This document shows, one piece after another, positions 9,672 to 20,215 of a DNA stretch of 64,000 bases. Source of the DNA: Candidatus Bathyarchaeota archaeon. Its GTDB lineage: Archaea > Thermoproteota > Bathyarchaeia > Bathyarchaeales > Bathycorpusculaceae. A program made the position numbers and the translations under genes. The notes below the pieces were generated by a model. The model was given only the letters and a program-made list of their open reading frames with translations, did no database searches and was not told the DNA's origin. The stretch covers positions 448,001-512,000 of the forward strand of contig CAWHVC010000003.1 in assembly GCA_963832745.1 (NCBI GenBank), written 5' to 3'. The number at the start of each line of letters is the position of its first letter. The first letter of the stretch is position 1.

Positions 9672-10633
9672 GAAGCTTCGCCGGATGCAACCATAAACTC
9701 GTTAACGGTTAATATGGGCTTCGCGAATTTTCCAGGTGCATCAAGTGAGATTCTTGGGCAGGCAGTGTTCACGTAAGCGTCGATTGTTGGGAACTCAAGT
9801 AGGGATTCAGGCGTAACCTCACGTATTGCCATCAGATACGCGGTTTTACCTTGTTTTTCGATTAATTCTTTGACTTTTAGGGCTTCTTCAACACGTTTTT
9901 GGCCGGGTTTTAAGCCGATGATTATGCCGATGCTTTTGGCATTTTTTGCCTGCTCAATGCAGGCCCAATGCTGCTTGAGAAGCTTTTGCGCTTCTTCACT
10001 AAGGGAAAATGCTCTGTTATCGTATGGGTCAGCGACAATTGTCGGTTTTGAAGTGCTCAAAGCTATGCCCAAAGCATGAAAAATTCCGCCGCCGACAAAC
10101 AGGTACGCTTCCACATCGTCCGCTATAGATTTAACGTTACTGTAATCGCATCCGATAACTTGCCCAGCATACCCCACGTGTCCAGCTTCACCGATTATCA
10201 CTGTTTTTCCTGAACGAACTAGCAACTCGCGGGTTTCGTTTAAGGTTTGTAGGTGTTGAACAGAGGTTGCTAACCCAATTTTCGAGTAACTACTAAGTAG
10301 CGGCAGGGCTTTCTCTATTGCTTCATTAACGTTTGCTGAAGCTCTTGCTTCAACATAAATGGTGGGAACAGGTTCATGTTTAACAAGTTTTGAATGCCCA
10401 AAATGAATAACCAAATCCGCACCTAAACTTGCCGCTTCATTAGTGGCGATGTCACATGCACCGTAGCATGGGTCAGCTGAAATCATGGCAAGTGCGCCAG
10501 TTTTCTCCACTATTTTTCCTAGTCGGGTGGCTTCAGGTTTTAAGCCTTGGGGCATCTGGATTAAAACTCGTTTAGCGCCAAGGTTTTGGATTTCATTTTT
10601 GATTCTTTCTTCTTCAAAATCAAAATTTTTCAT
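9632..10633 (-). CDS. dph2: Diphthamide biosynthesis enzyme Dph2
   Basis: QMPQGLK, CYGACD, HFGH, GQVIGC and TACPRI motifs. Confidence 0.95.
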   Translation of the reverse strand: MKNFDFEEERIKNEIQNLGAKRVLIQMPQGLKPEATRLGKIVEKTGALAMISADPCYGACDIATNEAASLGADLVIHFGHSKLVKHEPVPTIYVEARASANVNEAIEKALPLLSSYSKIGLATSVQHLQTLNETRELLVRSGKTVIIGEAGHVGYAGQVIGCDYSNVKSIADDVEAYLFVGGGIFHALGIALSTSKPTIVADPYDNRAFSLSEEAQKLLKQHWACIEQAKNAKSIGIIIGLKPGQKRVEEALKVKELIEKQGKTAYLMAIREVTPESLLEFPTIDAYVNTACPRISLDAPGKFAKPILTVNEFMVASGEASWESMLKKGLFEN

Positions 10634-10702
10634 GTTCTCAAGCCCTTAAGATAATATTAGTTGTCAAAAATTAAAAAAGAATTAGGTTAAACGGGGGATG
10701 TT

Positions 10703-13111
10703 TTACCATTCCCAGTCGGGAACGGGTCTCTTAAGCGGTTTACCTGCGGCGATTGCTGCTTGCTCGGCTAAGCGGTCAAGAACAATTCTTTGCTCTACAC
10801 CTGCAACATTCCTTCTTGTAGCTGCGACTGCATCATTGTTTACAGATATGCTGTCAATTCCAGCGCGGACGAGAAATTCTGCAAAGTCTGGCAGGTTTGA
10901 TGGTCCTTCACCGCAAATGCTCACAGTGCACCCGTTTTCATGTGCAACCTGAATTAAGTGTGCAATGATGCGTTTTACTGCTGGGTCGCGTTCGTCAAAG
11001 TAACCCATTTGTCCGAGACGTTCTGAGTCGCGGTCGATCATTAGAACTCCTTGGGTCATGTCGTTGCTGCCGATGCTAAAGCCATCTACGAGTTTGCTGA
11101 ATTCATCGGCCATGATTGCAATGCTTGGAGTTTCTGCCATGAACCAAATCTTGAAGTCGCGTGAACGTTCAAGACCTTCTTGGCGCATAATTTCAAGGAC
11201 TTGCTTTGCCTCCCAGAGGGTTCTGACCATTGGGAGCATAACGTAAACGTTCTTAAGACCCCATTCAGAACGGCATTTCTTAATTGCTTGGCATTCAAGA
11301 CGGAAGGCTTTCTCGTACCATTTGCTGATGTAACGACTGCAACCTCTCCAACCTAACATTGGGTTTTCTTCAACTATTTCGTATTTTTCGCCGCCTTTAA
11401 GGTCACGGTACTCGTTAGTCTTGAAATCGCTAAATCTAACGACCACTATGCGCGGCTGGATTGCACGTGCAACTTTGGCGACTCCTTCAGCGAATTTTTC
11501 AACCAGTTTTTGTTCTTGACCGGTTTCAACTAGATATAATGGATGTTCTCCAATGTAATCTGCGAAGATAAATTCTGTACGCATTAAACCGATGCCTTGG
11601 AATGGCAGGTTCTTGTAGTCATCAATCTTATCAGGAATGGCTAAGTTCATGTAGATTTTAGTTGCGGTTACTGGAGCAGGAGCATCAACAGTGTGAAGTA
11701 CCGTGCTTGTGGCTTCTGGGTCTTGTTTCATTATGCCTTCATAGATTATGCCGTTTCTTGAGTCAACAGTGTATTCTTTGCCGGTCTTCATAACTTCTGT
11801 GGCGGTTTCTGTTCCAACAACACAGGGTATGTTGAGTTCTCGGCTTACGATTGCTGCGTGTGAGGTGATTCCGCCTTTGTCTGTTACAATCGCGCTTGCG
11901 ATTTTCATGTATGGGACAAAGTCGGGGTTTGTCATGTCTGTAACTAGAACGTCGCCTTTTTGCATCATTGCGGATGCTTCATCAGTGGTTAGGGCAACTT
12001 TAGCTACCCCAAAGCCGTAACCGCGTTTACCAGCGCTGATGCCTCTGACGGCGACTTTAAGTTGTTCGTTAGTTTTTCCTTTTGACTCATCTGGGGTTTC
12101 CATAGTTTTTGACCACACTGTTTCTGGGCGTGCTTGAACCAAGAAGATGTTACTCGGATAAGGTAAGTCTTGATCAATTGCCCATTCAATATCCATGGGT
12201 TTACCGTAATGTTTCTCAATTTTGCGTGCAAGTTCTGCAAGCGCCATTATTTCTTCGTCGCTGACGCAGACTACCTTTTGCTGTTCAGGCGGAATATCCA
12301 AGTGTATAGTTTTTCCTGTTTCAGGGTCTCTAATGTACTTAATTGTTTTTCGTGCAATTCGGCGTTCCTTGATGTCCATAGCTGTTTTGTCGATAACAAA
12401 GTCATCGGGGTTAACAGCACCTGAAACCACTGATTCGCCAAGACCATAATTGCCTTCAATCACGATCTCATTTCGGTTTCCAGTAACAGGGTTAATTGTG
12501 AACATTACACCTGCAGCACGAGAGTTAACCATTTTTTGCACGCCGACACTGATAAAGACTTTATCGTGCGCAAAATTTTTCTCTGTTCGGTAAAATATGG
12601 CTCGTGGAGTAAAGAGGCTTGACCAGCATTTAACTACTTTGTCAACCAGGTCATCTGCGCCTTTCACGTTCAAATAAGTTTCTTGTTGACCCGCAAATGA
12701 AGCATCTGGCAAATCTTCTGCAGTTGCGCTTGAACGGACAGCAACAAACGTGTCTTTAAGATTGAAACGTTTGTTTAACTGTTTGTAAGCTTCTCTGATG
12801 GCTTCTTCGATGTCTTTAGGCATCGGAGTTTTTTCCATTAATTCACGGATCCGTTTTGAAGCCACTTCATACTGCTTAGGGTCATTAGGGTCAGTGACGG
12901 TTTCTTTAATTACAGCATAGATTTTTTTTGCAATCTGCGTCTCTTCAATAAATTTTTCATAAGAAAAAGCTGTAACGGCAAAACCGTTGGGAACCGGCAA
13001 CCCGGCATGGATCATTTCACCAAGGCTGGCGTTCTTGCCGCCAACAATGGGGACGTCATTATTTCTTACATTATCAAATAATAAAACCAAAGCTTTGCTT
13101 GGATCACTCAA
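10703..13111 (-). CDS. ppsA: Phosphoenolpyruvate synthase
   Basis: VGGKNASLGEM, AVRSSATAED..ASFAGQ, GGITSHAAIVSRE, SIGSNDMTQ. Confidence 0.95.
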   Translation of the reverse strand: MSDPSKALVLLFDNVRNNDVPIVGGKNASLGEMIHAGLPVPNGFAVTAFSYEKFIEETQIAKKIYAVIKETVTDPNDPKQYEVASKRIRELMEKTPMPKDIEEAIREAYKQLNKRFNLKDTFVAVRSSATAEDLPDASFAGQQETYLNVKGADDLVDKVVKCWSSLFTPRAIFYRTEKNFAHDKVFISVGVQKMVNSRAAGVMFTINPVTGNRNEIVIEGNYGLGESVVSGAVNPDDFVIDKTAMDIKERRIARKTIKYIRDPETGKTIHLDIPPEQQKVVCVSDEEIMALAELARKIEKHYGKPMDIEWAIDQDLPYPSNIFLVQARPETVWSKTMETPDESKGKTNEQLKVAVRGISAGKRGYGFGVAKVALTTDEASAMMQKGDVLVTDMTNPDFVPYMKIASAIVTDKGGITSHAAIVSRELNIPCVVGTETATEVMKTGKEYTVDSRNGIIYEGIMKQDPEATSTVLHTVDAPAPVTATKIYMNLAIPDKIDDYKNLPFQGIGLMRTEFIFADYIGEHPLYLVETGQEQKLVEKFAEGVAKVARAIQPRIVVVRFSDFKTNEYRDLKGGEKYEIVEENPMLGWRGCSRYISKWYEKAFRLECQAIKKCRSEWGLKNVYVMLPMVRTLWEAKQVLEIMRQEGLERSRDFKIWFMAETPSIAIMADEFSKLVDGFSIGSNDMTQGVLMIDRDSERLGQMGYFDERDPAVKRIIAHLIQVAHENGCTVSICGEGPSNLPDFAEFLVRAGIDSISVNNDAVAATRRNVAGVEQRIVLDRLAEQAAIAAGKPLKRPVPDWEW

Positions 13112-13647
13112 GCGGTTTCAGTCTCCGTCGGGGCCTTCTCGGCGGCAGCTGACATAGGAGATTTGGTCACCACGATTTTGCAGTGGATTGGGAGTTTTGC
13201 GCTGCCACGTTTAAGAGATTCTTTTGCAATCTCAGCGGATGCTGCTTTCACTTTCACAGTGATGATTGGTTGATCTACCTCAACTTTCGCTGCTGTGCCT
13301 ACTGCTGTTCCGAATGAGCGTCTCATTCCTTGCTGAAGTCGGTCAGCATGGGCACCGAAGATCATCTTGTTTTCCCGTAGGATAATGTGTGGATATGGAT
13401 GGACAACCATAAGATATTCATTAACCAGTTTGTCCATTAGAACACGGTTTGTGGCTACACGCGCCGCTTCGAGTGCGCTATGGCGTACTTGCACTCTTTT
13501 TGTTGATAAGAGCTGGACTTCGAAGTCAAAGTTGCCTTTTGTGTCGCCCATAGTGAACTTTACGATTTTTGGTGGTGGAAAGCCTCGAGCGTATTCTTTT
13601 CTTGTGTAAGCTCGATTTTTAACGTGCCTGAAATTTCTTGCGTGCAT
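13108..13647 (-). CDS. rpl10e: 50S ribosomal protein uL16 (L10e)
   Basis: AYTRKEY, ALEAAR, RENKM..GA.ADRLQQGMR.SFG. Confidence 0.95.
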   Translation of the reverse strand: MHARNFRHVKNRAYTRKEYARGFPPPKIVKFTMGDTKGNFDFEVQLLSTKRVQVRHSALEAARVATNRVLMDKLVNEYLMVVHPYPHIILRENKMIFGAHADRLQQGMRRSFGTAVGTAAKVEVDQPIITVKVKAASAEIAKESLKRGSAKLPIHCKIVVTKSPMSAAAEKAPTETETA

Positions 13648-13815
13648 TCAGCGTCCCTTTTTAACGTAACACTTTCAGCGGTATTTAAACAATTTGCAAT
13701 TTTATGTCAACATTTACGTGAGTTTTCCGCTTATCCACTAATTAAGCGCTTTATGCATGGATAATGATGTTTTTTGTAATGCGCTTAAATAGTTTAGTTG
13801 ACTTGTAGGTTTTTA

Positions 13816-15114
13816 ATGTTTACGTTACTGTTCATTTCAGGAAAGAATTGGCAACTTTCCCTAGCAGAGGTTACAGCCTACCTGCAAGCAAGGCAAATTA
13901 GCTTTGAAGTACAGCATTTTAACAAAGAATTTTTCACAATCCAAACACAGCAAGCCTTAGACCCAGCGGTTATAGAGGATTTAGGCGGCACCATAAAAAT
14001 CGGTCAAGCCATGCTGACGCTTCCAACCCAGCAAGTAAAGGAAGCCTACGTAAAGCACGACAAACAAGCAGAAAAACAAGTTGCAGAAGCTTTAGAGAAA
14101 AGTGGCATAGTTGACCAGATGGCCAAACAAGCACAAGGCAGAGTCTTCTTTGGTGTTAGTGTTTACTATGAAGAAAACCAACTTAAGTCACGTGCCGGTG
14201 AAATCCAGCGTCTTTTAGGAAGCGCCGTTAAAGATGAGCTAGCTGAGTACGGCAAGAAAGCTCGTTTCATGGGGTTTGCAGACAAGTCACAGGGGCAACT
14301 TAGCCACGTAGAAGTTTTAAAGAAGAAGCTTGTGGAAACCAAGTCCGAGGTTCTTTTGTGCATTGGTAAAGAAGCCAGCTGGATAGCAACAACCATTGCA
14401 GTCCATAACCCGTTTGAGTTTCAGAAACGTGACATTTACAAGCCAAGGCAAAGAAAAATTTTCGGCATGCCACCGCGACTTGCTAAAATCATGGTTAACC
14501 TTTCAGGTTGCACAGAAGGAAAAACTTTGCTTGATGCTTTCTGTGGTGTAGGCACGGTCTTGCAGGAAGCATTGCTAAGTAAAGCCCATGTTGTAGGCAC
14601 AGACATTAATCCTTGGTGTATCAAAGCGGCAGAAGACAATCTTGAATGGCTAACACAGGAATATGAACTTAGAGATGTAGATTACCGTGTTGTTCAAAGC
14701 GATGTGGGTTTTCTGTCAAGAAAAATTGGCAGAGAAACCGTTGATTGCATCGTATCAGAACCGGATTTAGGTCCAGCATTGCGGCAGGTTCCAACCACGC
14801 CCTACGCACAAAAGGTCATCGATAAACTTACGCCACTGTTTTTCAGCTTTGTTGAAGAAGCCTACAGTGTCCTCAAACCTGACGGCAGGCTTGTTGTGGT
14901 TACGCCGTATATTGTTGCACGTTCGGGCCAAGTTGTTACGATGCCAATTGGCGAAAAAGCTCAGAACGTTGGTTTTGTGCGTGTTAAACCGTTTAGCCCA
15001 GAAATCTTTGCAAAAAACGCAGTTGACATCGAAGCGTTAACGGGTTTGGAGTCGCTTGTCGAAGTTGACTCAAGGCATTTGATTGGCAGAGAAATTCATG
15101 TTTTCCGTAAATAA
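13816..15114 (+). CDS. Trm11/TrmG10-like RNA methyltransferase
   Basis: LGGTIKIG N-terminal region; MPPRLAKIMVNL, DAFCGVGT and SEPDLG. Confidence 0.75.
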   Translation: MFTLLFISGKNWQLSLAEVTAYLQARQISFEVQHFNKEFFTIQTQQALDPAVIEDLGGTIKIGQAMLTLPTQQVKEAYVKHDKQAEKQVAEALEKSGIVDQMAKQAQGRVFFGVSVYYEENQLKSRAGEIQRLLGSAVKDELAEYGKKARFMGFADKSQGQLSHVEVLKKKLVETKSEVLLCIGKEASWIATTIAVHNPFEFQKRDIYKPRQRKIFGMPPRLAKIMVNLSGCTEGKTLLDAFCGVGTVLQEALLSKAHVVGTDINPWCIKAAEDNLEWLTQEYELRDVDYRVVQSDVGFLSRKIGRETVDCIVSEPDLGPALRQVPTTPYAQKVIDKLTPLFFSFVEEAYSVLKPDGRLVVVTPYIVARSGQVVTMPIGEKAQNVGFVRVKPFSPEIFAKNAVDIEALTGLESLVEVDSRHLIGREIHVFRK

Positions 15115-15176
15115 TCGTTAATGTTATTAGTTTGGTTCTTGTTTGTTTCTAAAACAAAACTGGGCAGTGTAAACCA

Positions 15177-15671
15177 TTGAGCAGTGAAAAAGTTAACACA
15201 AGACCCGATTGGGACCGATACTTCCTCGACCTTTGTGAAGCAGTTTCTAAACGTGCAACCTGTGACCGTGGAAGATGCGGCGCCGTAATTGTCAAAGACA
15301 AACGCATAATGACCACAGGTTATGTGGGAGCGCCAGCAGGTTTACCACATTGCGACGAAGCTGGACATGACATGCGCAAAGTCTTCAATGGAGACGGAAC
15401 CATAACACAACATTGCGTACGAACTTTGCATGCAGAACAAAATGCCATTATCCAAGCTGCAAGGTTTGGAATCAGACTTGAAGGTTCAACATTGTACTGC
15501 AAGATGACGCCGTGTCGGGTTTGTGCCATGATGATAATTAACGCGGGCATTAAACGAGTGGTCTGCGAGAAACGTTACCACGCCGACGCCGATACGATTT
15601 TGTATTTTAAAGAGGCAGGCATTGAGTTAACGATAATGAATAACGAGTTTGAGCAATACAAAAATCAATAG
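15177..15671 (+). CDS. dCMP deaminase family protein
   Basis: RPDWDRYF, RATC, HAEQNAI and PCRVC zinc motifs. Confidence 0.92.
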   Translation: MSSEKVNTRPDWDRYFLDLCEAVSKRATCDRGRCGAVIVKDKRIMTTGYVGAPAGLPHCDEAGHDMRKVFNGDGTITQHCVRTLHAEQNAIIQAARFGIRLEGSTLYCKMTPCRVCAMMIINAGIKRVVCEKRYHADADTILYFKEAGIELTIMNNEFEQYKNQ

Positions 15672-15749
15672 CACTGTTTTTTAACATATTAATGGCTTAA
15701 AAAGTAGCCATTACGGACCTACCCCTCTTAGGTTTCAAAGATTGCTGTT

Positions 15750-16112
15750 TCATCTTTGCAAAGGGTTTAATGAAGAGCGACGTTTTACACTGGTCAAAGT
15801 TGCAATCCATTTTACATTATCAAACCCATACTTGGTTATAAGCGGGTCAATAAAGCTGGGTGCCAAATTGTCATCAATTTCAGCAAAGACCACAGTGTCA
15901 CCTATGCGGTAAACAATTCCCACAACCGTCAAGTCTTTTAGGGGCGCGTATTTTGCTTTGATTTCCCAGTAACCGGGCTCGTCACGGCCTGCCTCAATAA
16001 TCCAAGAATACTTATCCTCGGGATGCTCGCCTTGAGTAAAATTGAAGGCACAAACTGCTTCGCCGACAGCTTTAGGCTCGTCCTTTGTTTTAACGTAAAA
16101 CCACAACGTCAT
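15750..16112 (-). CDS. Hypothetical protein
   Basis: Clean 120-codon ORF following hemK on the same strand; no family recognised. Confidence 0.6.
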   Translation of the reverse strand: MTLWFYVKTKDEPKAVGEAVCAFNFTQGEHPEDKYSWIIEAGRDEPGYWEIKAKYAPLKDLTVVGIVYRIGDTVVFAEIDDNLAPSFIDPLITKYGFDNVKWIATLTSVKRRSSLNPLQR

Positions 16113-16160
16113 AAAAACCACTATAAAATAACTACCAGCCACTTGCTTTTAACAGTTTTT

Positions 16161-16781
16161 TTAATGCACAGCTTTAGCTTCGATTAAATGGATAGTTTCA
16201 AAGAAGGGCAGTTTACTTTCAGCCTTAACCGACGCCTCAAAGCCGCATTCTTGGAATTTGTGGATTGTCAATTCTAACCCTGTCAAGCTTGATTGTAACA
16301 AAAGGATTCTTCCAGACGGTTTCAAGTGGACGGTTACTTGGGGAATGAAACGGTCAACCACGTCGCGTCCAGTGGTGCCGCCAGCCCAAGCGCGACCAAT
16401 CCAAGTTTTAACTTCATGAGGCTCCGAAGGCAAATAGGGAGCATTAAACAATACCAAATCAAACAAGGCGTTGGCAGTTAAGGCCGTGAACAAGTCCGAC
16501 TGCATGAAAGCCATTTTATCCCGTACATGGTTAAGTATAGCGTTTTGTTTGGCACACCGAACCGCGTAAGGGTTAATATCGATGGCTAGCACGCTTTTTG
16601 CCCTTTGAGCCGCCAGTATGCCGAGGATTCCGCTGCCTGTGCCCAAATCTAAAACCTCCTCTGCAGCCTGAACATCAAGATTTTCAGCGAATAGAAAAGA
16701 ATCCTCAGAGGGCTCAAAAACGTCATCGGTTATGTCAAACTTGAGGTTGCCAAACCAGACGCGTTTAATTGGTGAATGCAT
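16161..16781 (-). CDS. HemK2/PrmC-like release factor glutamine methyltransferase
   Basis: VFEPSEDSFL, DLGTGSG and FNAPYLP motifs. Confidence 0.88.
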   Translation of the reverse strand: MHSPIKRVWFGNLKFDITDDVFEPSEDSFLFAENLDVQAAEEVLDLGTGSGILGILAAQRAKSVLAIDINPYAVRCAKQNAILNHVRDKMAFMQSDLFTALTANALFDLVLFNAPYLPSEPHEVKTWIGRAWAGGTTGRDVVDRFIPQVTVHLKPSGRILLLQSSLTGLELTIHKFQECGFEASVKAESKLPFFETIHLIEAKAVH

Positions 16782-17583
16782 TAGCGAGGTCTCCAAAGTT
16801 TTTGGGGGTTAGTTCGCGGGGACGCATTTCTCGGAATGGTGAAGACTGAATGATTTTTTTGTATTCCTGTTTGCTCAGTTTAAGGGAGGATTTGATAAAG
16901 GGTTCAAGTGCGTTTGAGAGTTTTTTGTTGCGTTCAGTAAACAGCCATTTAACCATCTTAGCAAAGAACACTTCGTCCTTAACGGTGAAGGGCGGAGTCG
17001 TCCAAGGTTTTATACGAAGAATTACAGAGTCAACTTCTGGTTGCGGGAAAAACATGTCTTTAGGGACAGAATCAAGCAGTTCAACGTGGGCTTTTTGATA
17101 AACGGTGACTGTTAACCAACTGTAGTTTTCAGTGCCGACTTTTGCGTTGAGGCGGTCGGCGAATTCTTTTTGCACAATCAACACGGCACAGTCGACCTTG
17201 TGTGCCAGAAGGAAAAGCACGAGTTTTGATGATAAATAGTATGGTGGGGCAGCAATCGTCTTGTTAAAATTGGGTAACTCTGATTTTAGCACGTCACCTT
17301 CAACAACAGCAACATTGCTATAGCCACTCACCTGTTGCCTCAACACCTCAACGATTTGCGGGTCTTTTTCAGCAGCAACAACGCCACGGCATTTGTCTGA
17401 GAGAAAACGTGCCAGAAACCCAAAACCAGCCCCTGCATCTAGCACCACATCGGACTTGGATAGCCCAGCGTATTCTGCAAGCTTGGGATAGAATGTGGGC
17501 TCAATCATAAAGTTTTGCCCAAGAAGCGTGTTTGGCGTAATCTGAAAAGTCCGTAGCAACTGCTTAGTTTCTTCAATGCTCAT
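16765..17583 (-). CDS. rsmA: 16S rRNA adenine dimethyltransferase
   Basis: LGQNFM, QKEFADRL and FFPQPEVDS motifs (KsgA/Dim1). Confidence 0.92.
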   Translation of the reverse strand: MSIEETKQLLRTFQITPNTLLGQNFMIEPTFYPKLAEYAGLSKSDVVLDAGAGFGFLARFLSDKCRGVVAAEKDPQIVEVLRQQVSGYSNVAVVEGDVLKSELPNFNKTIAAPPYYLSSKLVLFLLAHKVDCAVLIVQKEFADRLNAKVGTENYSWLTVTVYQKAHVELLDSVPKDMFFPQPEVDSVILRIKPWTTPPFTVKDEVFFAKMVKWLFTERNKKLSNALEPFIKSSLKLSKQEYKKIIQSSPFREMRPRELTPKNFGDLANAFTN

Positions 17584-17588
17584 GTTGG

Positions 17589-18164
17589 TTACTGTGCCCG
17601 AGTGAAAAGACGGTATTTGCTGTCGCCTTCAAGCTCCTCCATAACTCGTTTCGTTATAAGTTTGGCGGGACTTGGCAGTTCGGTTCGTTTCTGCAGGTCG
17701 TCAAAGCTTTCAAAGGGTTTGCGTGTGCGTTCGTTGATGACTTGCCACATGTATTTTTTACCGATTCCAGGGACCAACTCGAGTGCATGCATGCGGGGTG
17801 TAATCGCGCGTGCAGTATTAAAGAAGTTGACGAACCATTGCTCACGGTTAACCACGACTTTGTTAATGACGCTTGGAAGCTCAGCTTTGGCTGAGGCAGT
17901 TAATTCTTCATAACCGATTCTACCGATAATGTACGTTACTTCTTCGCGTGAATCTTTTCCGACGTAAACTCGATCGCCTGGCTTAAGCATTAAACCTTCT
18001 TTCACTAATGCTTCAAGAACAGTAAAGAATTCTTCGCCGACGCATTGAATAAGAGCTCCCGCTCTGTAACCAGCTCTTCCAGTTGGACGGAACCCAGGCT
18101 TACCGTGTGGCAGGAAGTCTAACACGTAAGCGTACTCTTCGTATCGCTTCTCCATAATAGTCAC
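17589..18164 (-). CDS. DUF655 family putative nucleic-acid-binding protein
   Basis: EEYAYVLDFL, FFN.A..ITPRMH.LEL.PGIGKK; conserved rpl21e-rpoF-DUF655-ksgA order. Confidence 0.9.
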   Translation of the reverse strand: MTIMEKRYEEYAYVLDFLPHGKPGFRPTGRAGYRAGALIQCVGEEFFTVLEALVKEGLMLKPGDRVYVGKDSREEVTYIIGRIGYEELTASAKAELPSVINKVVVNREQWFVNFFNTARAITPRMHALELVPGIGKKYMWQVINERTRKPFESFDDLQKRTELPSPAKLITKRVMEELEGDSKYRLFTRAQ

Positions 18165-18217
18165 TAGACCCTCATCTGTAATTACATTTAATGCTTAAAA
18201 ATACTTACTCGCTTGAA

Positions 18218-18556
18218 CTACTTGAGGGTTCTGCTTTCATTTAGAATTGAAACTATTTTTTCTAGCTTTTGGGTTTCTATAATTTTACGTCCGCCGGCAA
18301 GAAAGACACGTAATTCATCAACAGTTTCGGGCATACAATTTATGATTTGAACAGCTTCAACCTCGTCAAGCTCGTACTCTTTAACAAGCATCGCCACCAA
18401 CTCCTCTGCTTTTTCTGGTTCAACTTTGGTGAATTTGCTTACGTAGTCGAGTGTGCGACGTTGGAATTGATCGAGATTTTCCTCGCCTATAGATTCCAGC
18501 ACCTTCTTGACTTGCGGCAAAGTAAGCCGGGTTTCGCTGATTTCTTTTTGGCCCAT
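18218..18556 (-). CDS. rpoF: RNA polymerase subunit F (Rpo4)
   Basis: HRDC-like AVQIINCMPETVDELRVF motif and gene context. Confidence 0.9.
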   Translation of the reverse strand: MGQKEISETRLTLPQVKKVLESIGEENLDQFQRRTLDYVSKFTKVEPEKAEELVAMLVKEYELDEVEAVQIINCMPETVDELRVFLAGGRKIIETQKLEKIVSILNESRTLK

Positions 18557-18562
18557 TTCTGC

Positions 18563-18859
18563 TCAGTTCCCAGTGTATGGCTCTAAATGTTCACAGCGTA
18601 CAATGATTGTTTTGATTGATTCACCTTGTGGAACATTAACGACGTATCCTCGTCCACGCTTTTCCTGAATGACTCCGATTTTGCCATGGAACCGTTTGTG
18701 AGGCATACTTTTCTGTACGCTAGAATTCATTTTTATGATTACTTCTGAACCAAGCTCATACTCGTGGAGTAGCTTGCTGATGTTGGGTTTTCCGCGTTCA
18801 CGTTGGGGTTTGCGTAGCAAACTGCGAGTTCCAGAGTAATATCCTTTTGAACCTCTCAT
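18563..18859 (-). CDS. rpl21e: 50S ribosomal protein eL21
   Basis: SKG..SGTR, MPHKRFHGKIG, EHLEP. Confidence 0.95.
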   Translation of the reverse strand: MRGSKGYYSGTRSLLRKPQRERGKPNISKLLHEYELGSEVIIKMNSSVQKSMPHKRFHGKIGVIQEKRGRGYVVNVPQGESIKTIIVRCEHLEPYTGN

Positions 18860-18872
18860 TCTATTTTCACCT

Positions 18873-20204
18873 TTAATTATCATCCATTATGACGTTGAGC
18901 ACGTCAAGCTTAAGCGTCTTTGCCCTGAATCCAAGCAAACCTGAAACGCTTGGAACTGTTCGGCCTTCATCTCCAGAGACCAATTCTTTTACGTAAAGGC
19001 CACCTTGGCAACGAATTTCCATCAGAGCCGTCTTAAGCGACACCTTCTTAACTTTAACCTTATATATGTACCTTTCTCGAATTAAATCCGCCCTTCGATG
19101 CAAAACACGCAAAGGCGTTTGCTGTTTAACAGTAACTCCCGTAAGTTTTTCTTCAATCAAACGCAAACTCTCATCATCAACATCGTTTTCAAACTCGGCA
19201 AGCAACCGATACTCTTTCTGGGCGCCTTCACCTTTCTTGAGCCGACGCACCTTGTCCTTGGTTGTAAAATGAAGCTCTGAAACCTCAACCTTATCAACGG
19301 CACCAGCGTTAATTGCCACTTCCGCTGCCTTTAGATCTATAAAACGTTTTTTGGGTTTAGAAATTTCAACAATAAAAGGTCGCCCAGTGCCGAGCATGCG
19401 TGCATCGATGTCTTCGCGTCCTGAGGCATGGAAAAAGGAGTCTTCACCTTGGGATGCTTCTAAAATCGGTTTGGATGTTAATTGCTCAACTGATTCAGGA
19501 TAAAGCTTACCTGTTCCACCACATTTCTCGCATCCTCTGCCTCGACAATTTGAACAGAACCATTCGGATTGCGGGATAGTGCGGACGAGTTTGCGGTATC
19601 TACCACCGACAAACAGGGGATTAACTTGAAGCCTAATTTTACCCGAGAATGGGTTGAATACAACAACGATGTCAGGAATTAGATATTCTGCTTCTTTGCC
19701 TGTGCGTGCACCCAACGCTTTGCCAAAAATCCTGCCGAATTCATGCTTCATACTTTCAGCGGTACCAATGCTGAATGAGGCTTTGAATTCGTCTTCGCGT
19801 TCTTCTATTTTTACGGGCAATTCTATGCCTACAAGATAAGTTGTGAATTCGTAATCGTTAAGGGTAGAGAGGGCTTTTTGGGTTAACTCTTCAACCTGGT
19901 CAAAGGTACCGTTACAAAGATAACATTTCTCTGCTTGGGGAGCGGGTTCTTGTTTTAAGTGTTTTAGGGTTTCCTGTGCAGTTTTACTGAAACCATTAAC
20001 GGCTAAAACTTGAAGCTGCAGGATTCCTTGGTCAGGTTTTTCTTTTGCAAGGTCGTTGGCTTGCATGGTTAAAGACACCTTCAGCGAGGAGCCTCGAATA
20101 TTGTTTTCCATGCTGTAACCTAAAGCTGCAAATTGTCGACCCAAACAGTGGTCGCATAGGGGATATTTGCTAAGAAGTTCAAACGCTTTTTGCTGTACAT
20201 CCAT
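18873..20204 (-). CDS. pus10: tRNA pseudouridine(54/55) synthase Pus10
   Basis: LCDHCLGR, GRYRKLVR, GREDIDARMLG, QQTPLRV, GGLYVKEL. Confidence 0.95.
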   Translation of the reverse strand: MDVQQKAFELLSKYPLCDHCLGRQFAALGYSMENNIRGSSLKVSLTMQANDLAKEKPDQGILQLQVLAVNGFSKTAQETLKHLKQEPAPQAEKCYLCNGTFDQVEELTQKALSTLNDYEFTTYLVGIELPVKIEEREDEFKASFSIGTAESMKHEFGRIFGKALGARTGKEAEYLIPDIVVVFNPFSGKIRLQVNPLFVGGRYRKLVRTIPQSEWFCSNCRGRGCEKCGGTGKLYPESVEQLTSKPILEASQGEDSFFHASGREDIDARMLGTGRPFIVEISKPKKRFIDLKAAEVAINAGAVDKVEVSELHFTTKDKVRRLKKGEGAQKEYRLLAEFENDVDDESLRLIEEKLTGVTVKQQTPLRVLHRRADLIRERYIYKVKVKKVSLKTALMEIRCQGGLYVKELVSGDEGRTVPSVSGLLGFRAKTLKLDVLNVIMDDN

Positions 20205-20215
20205 AAGTTGTGTGC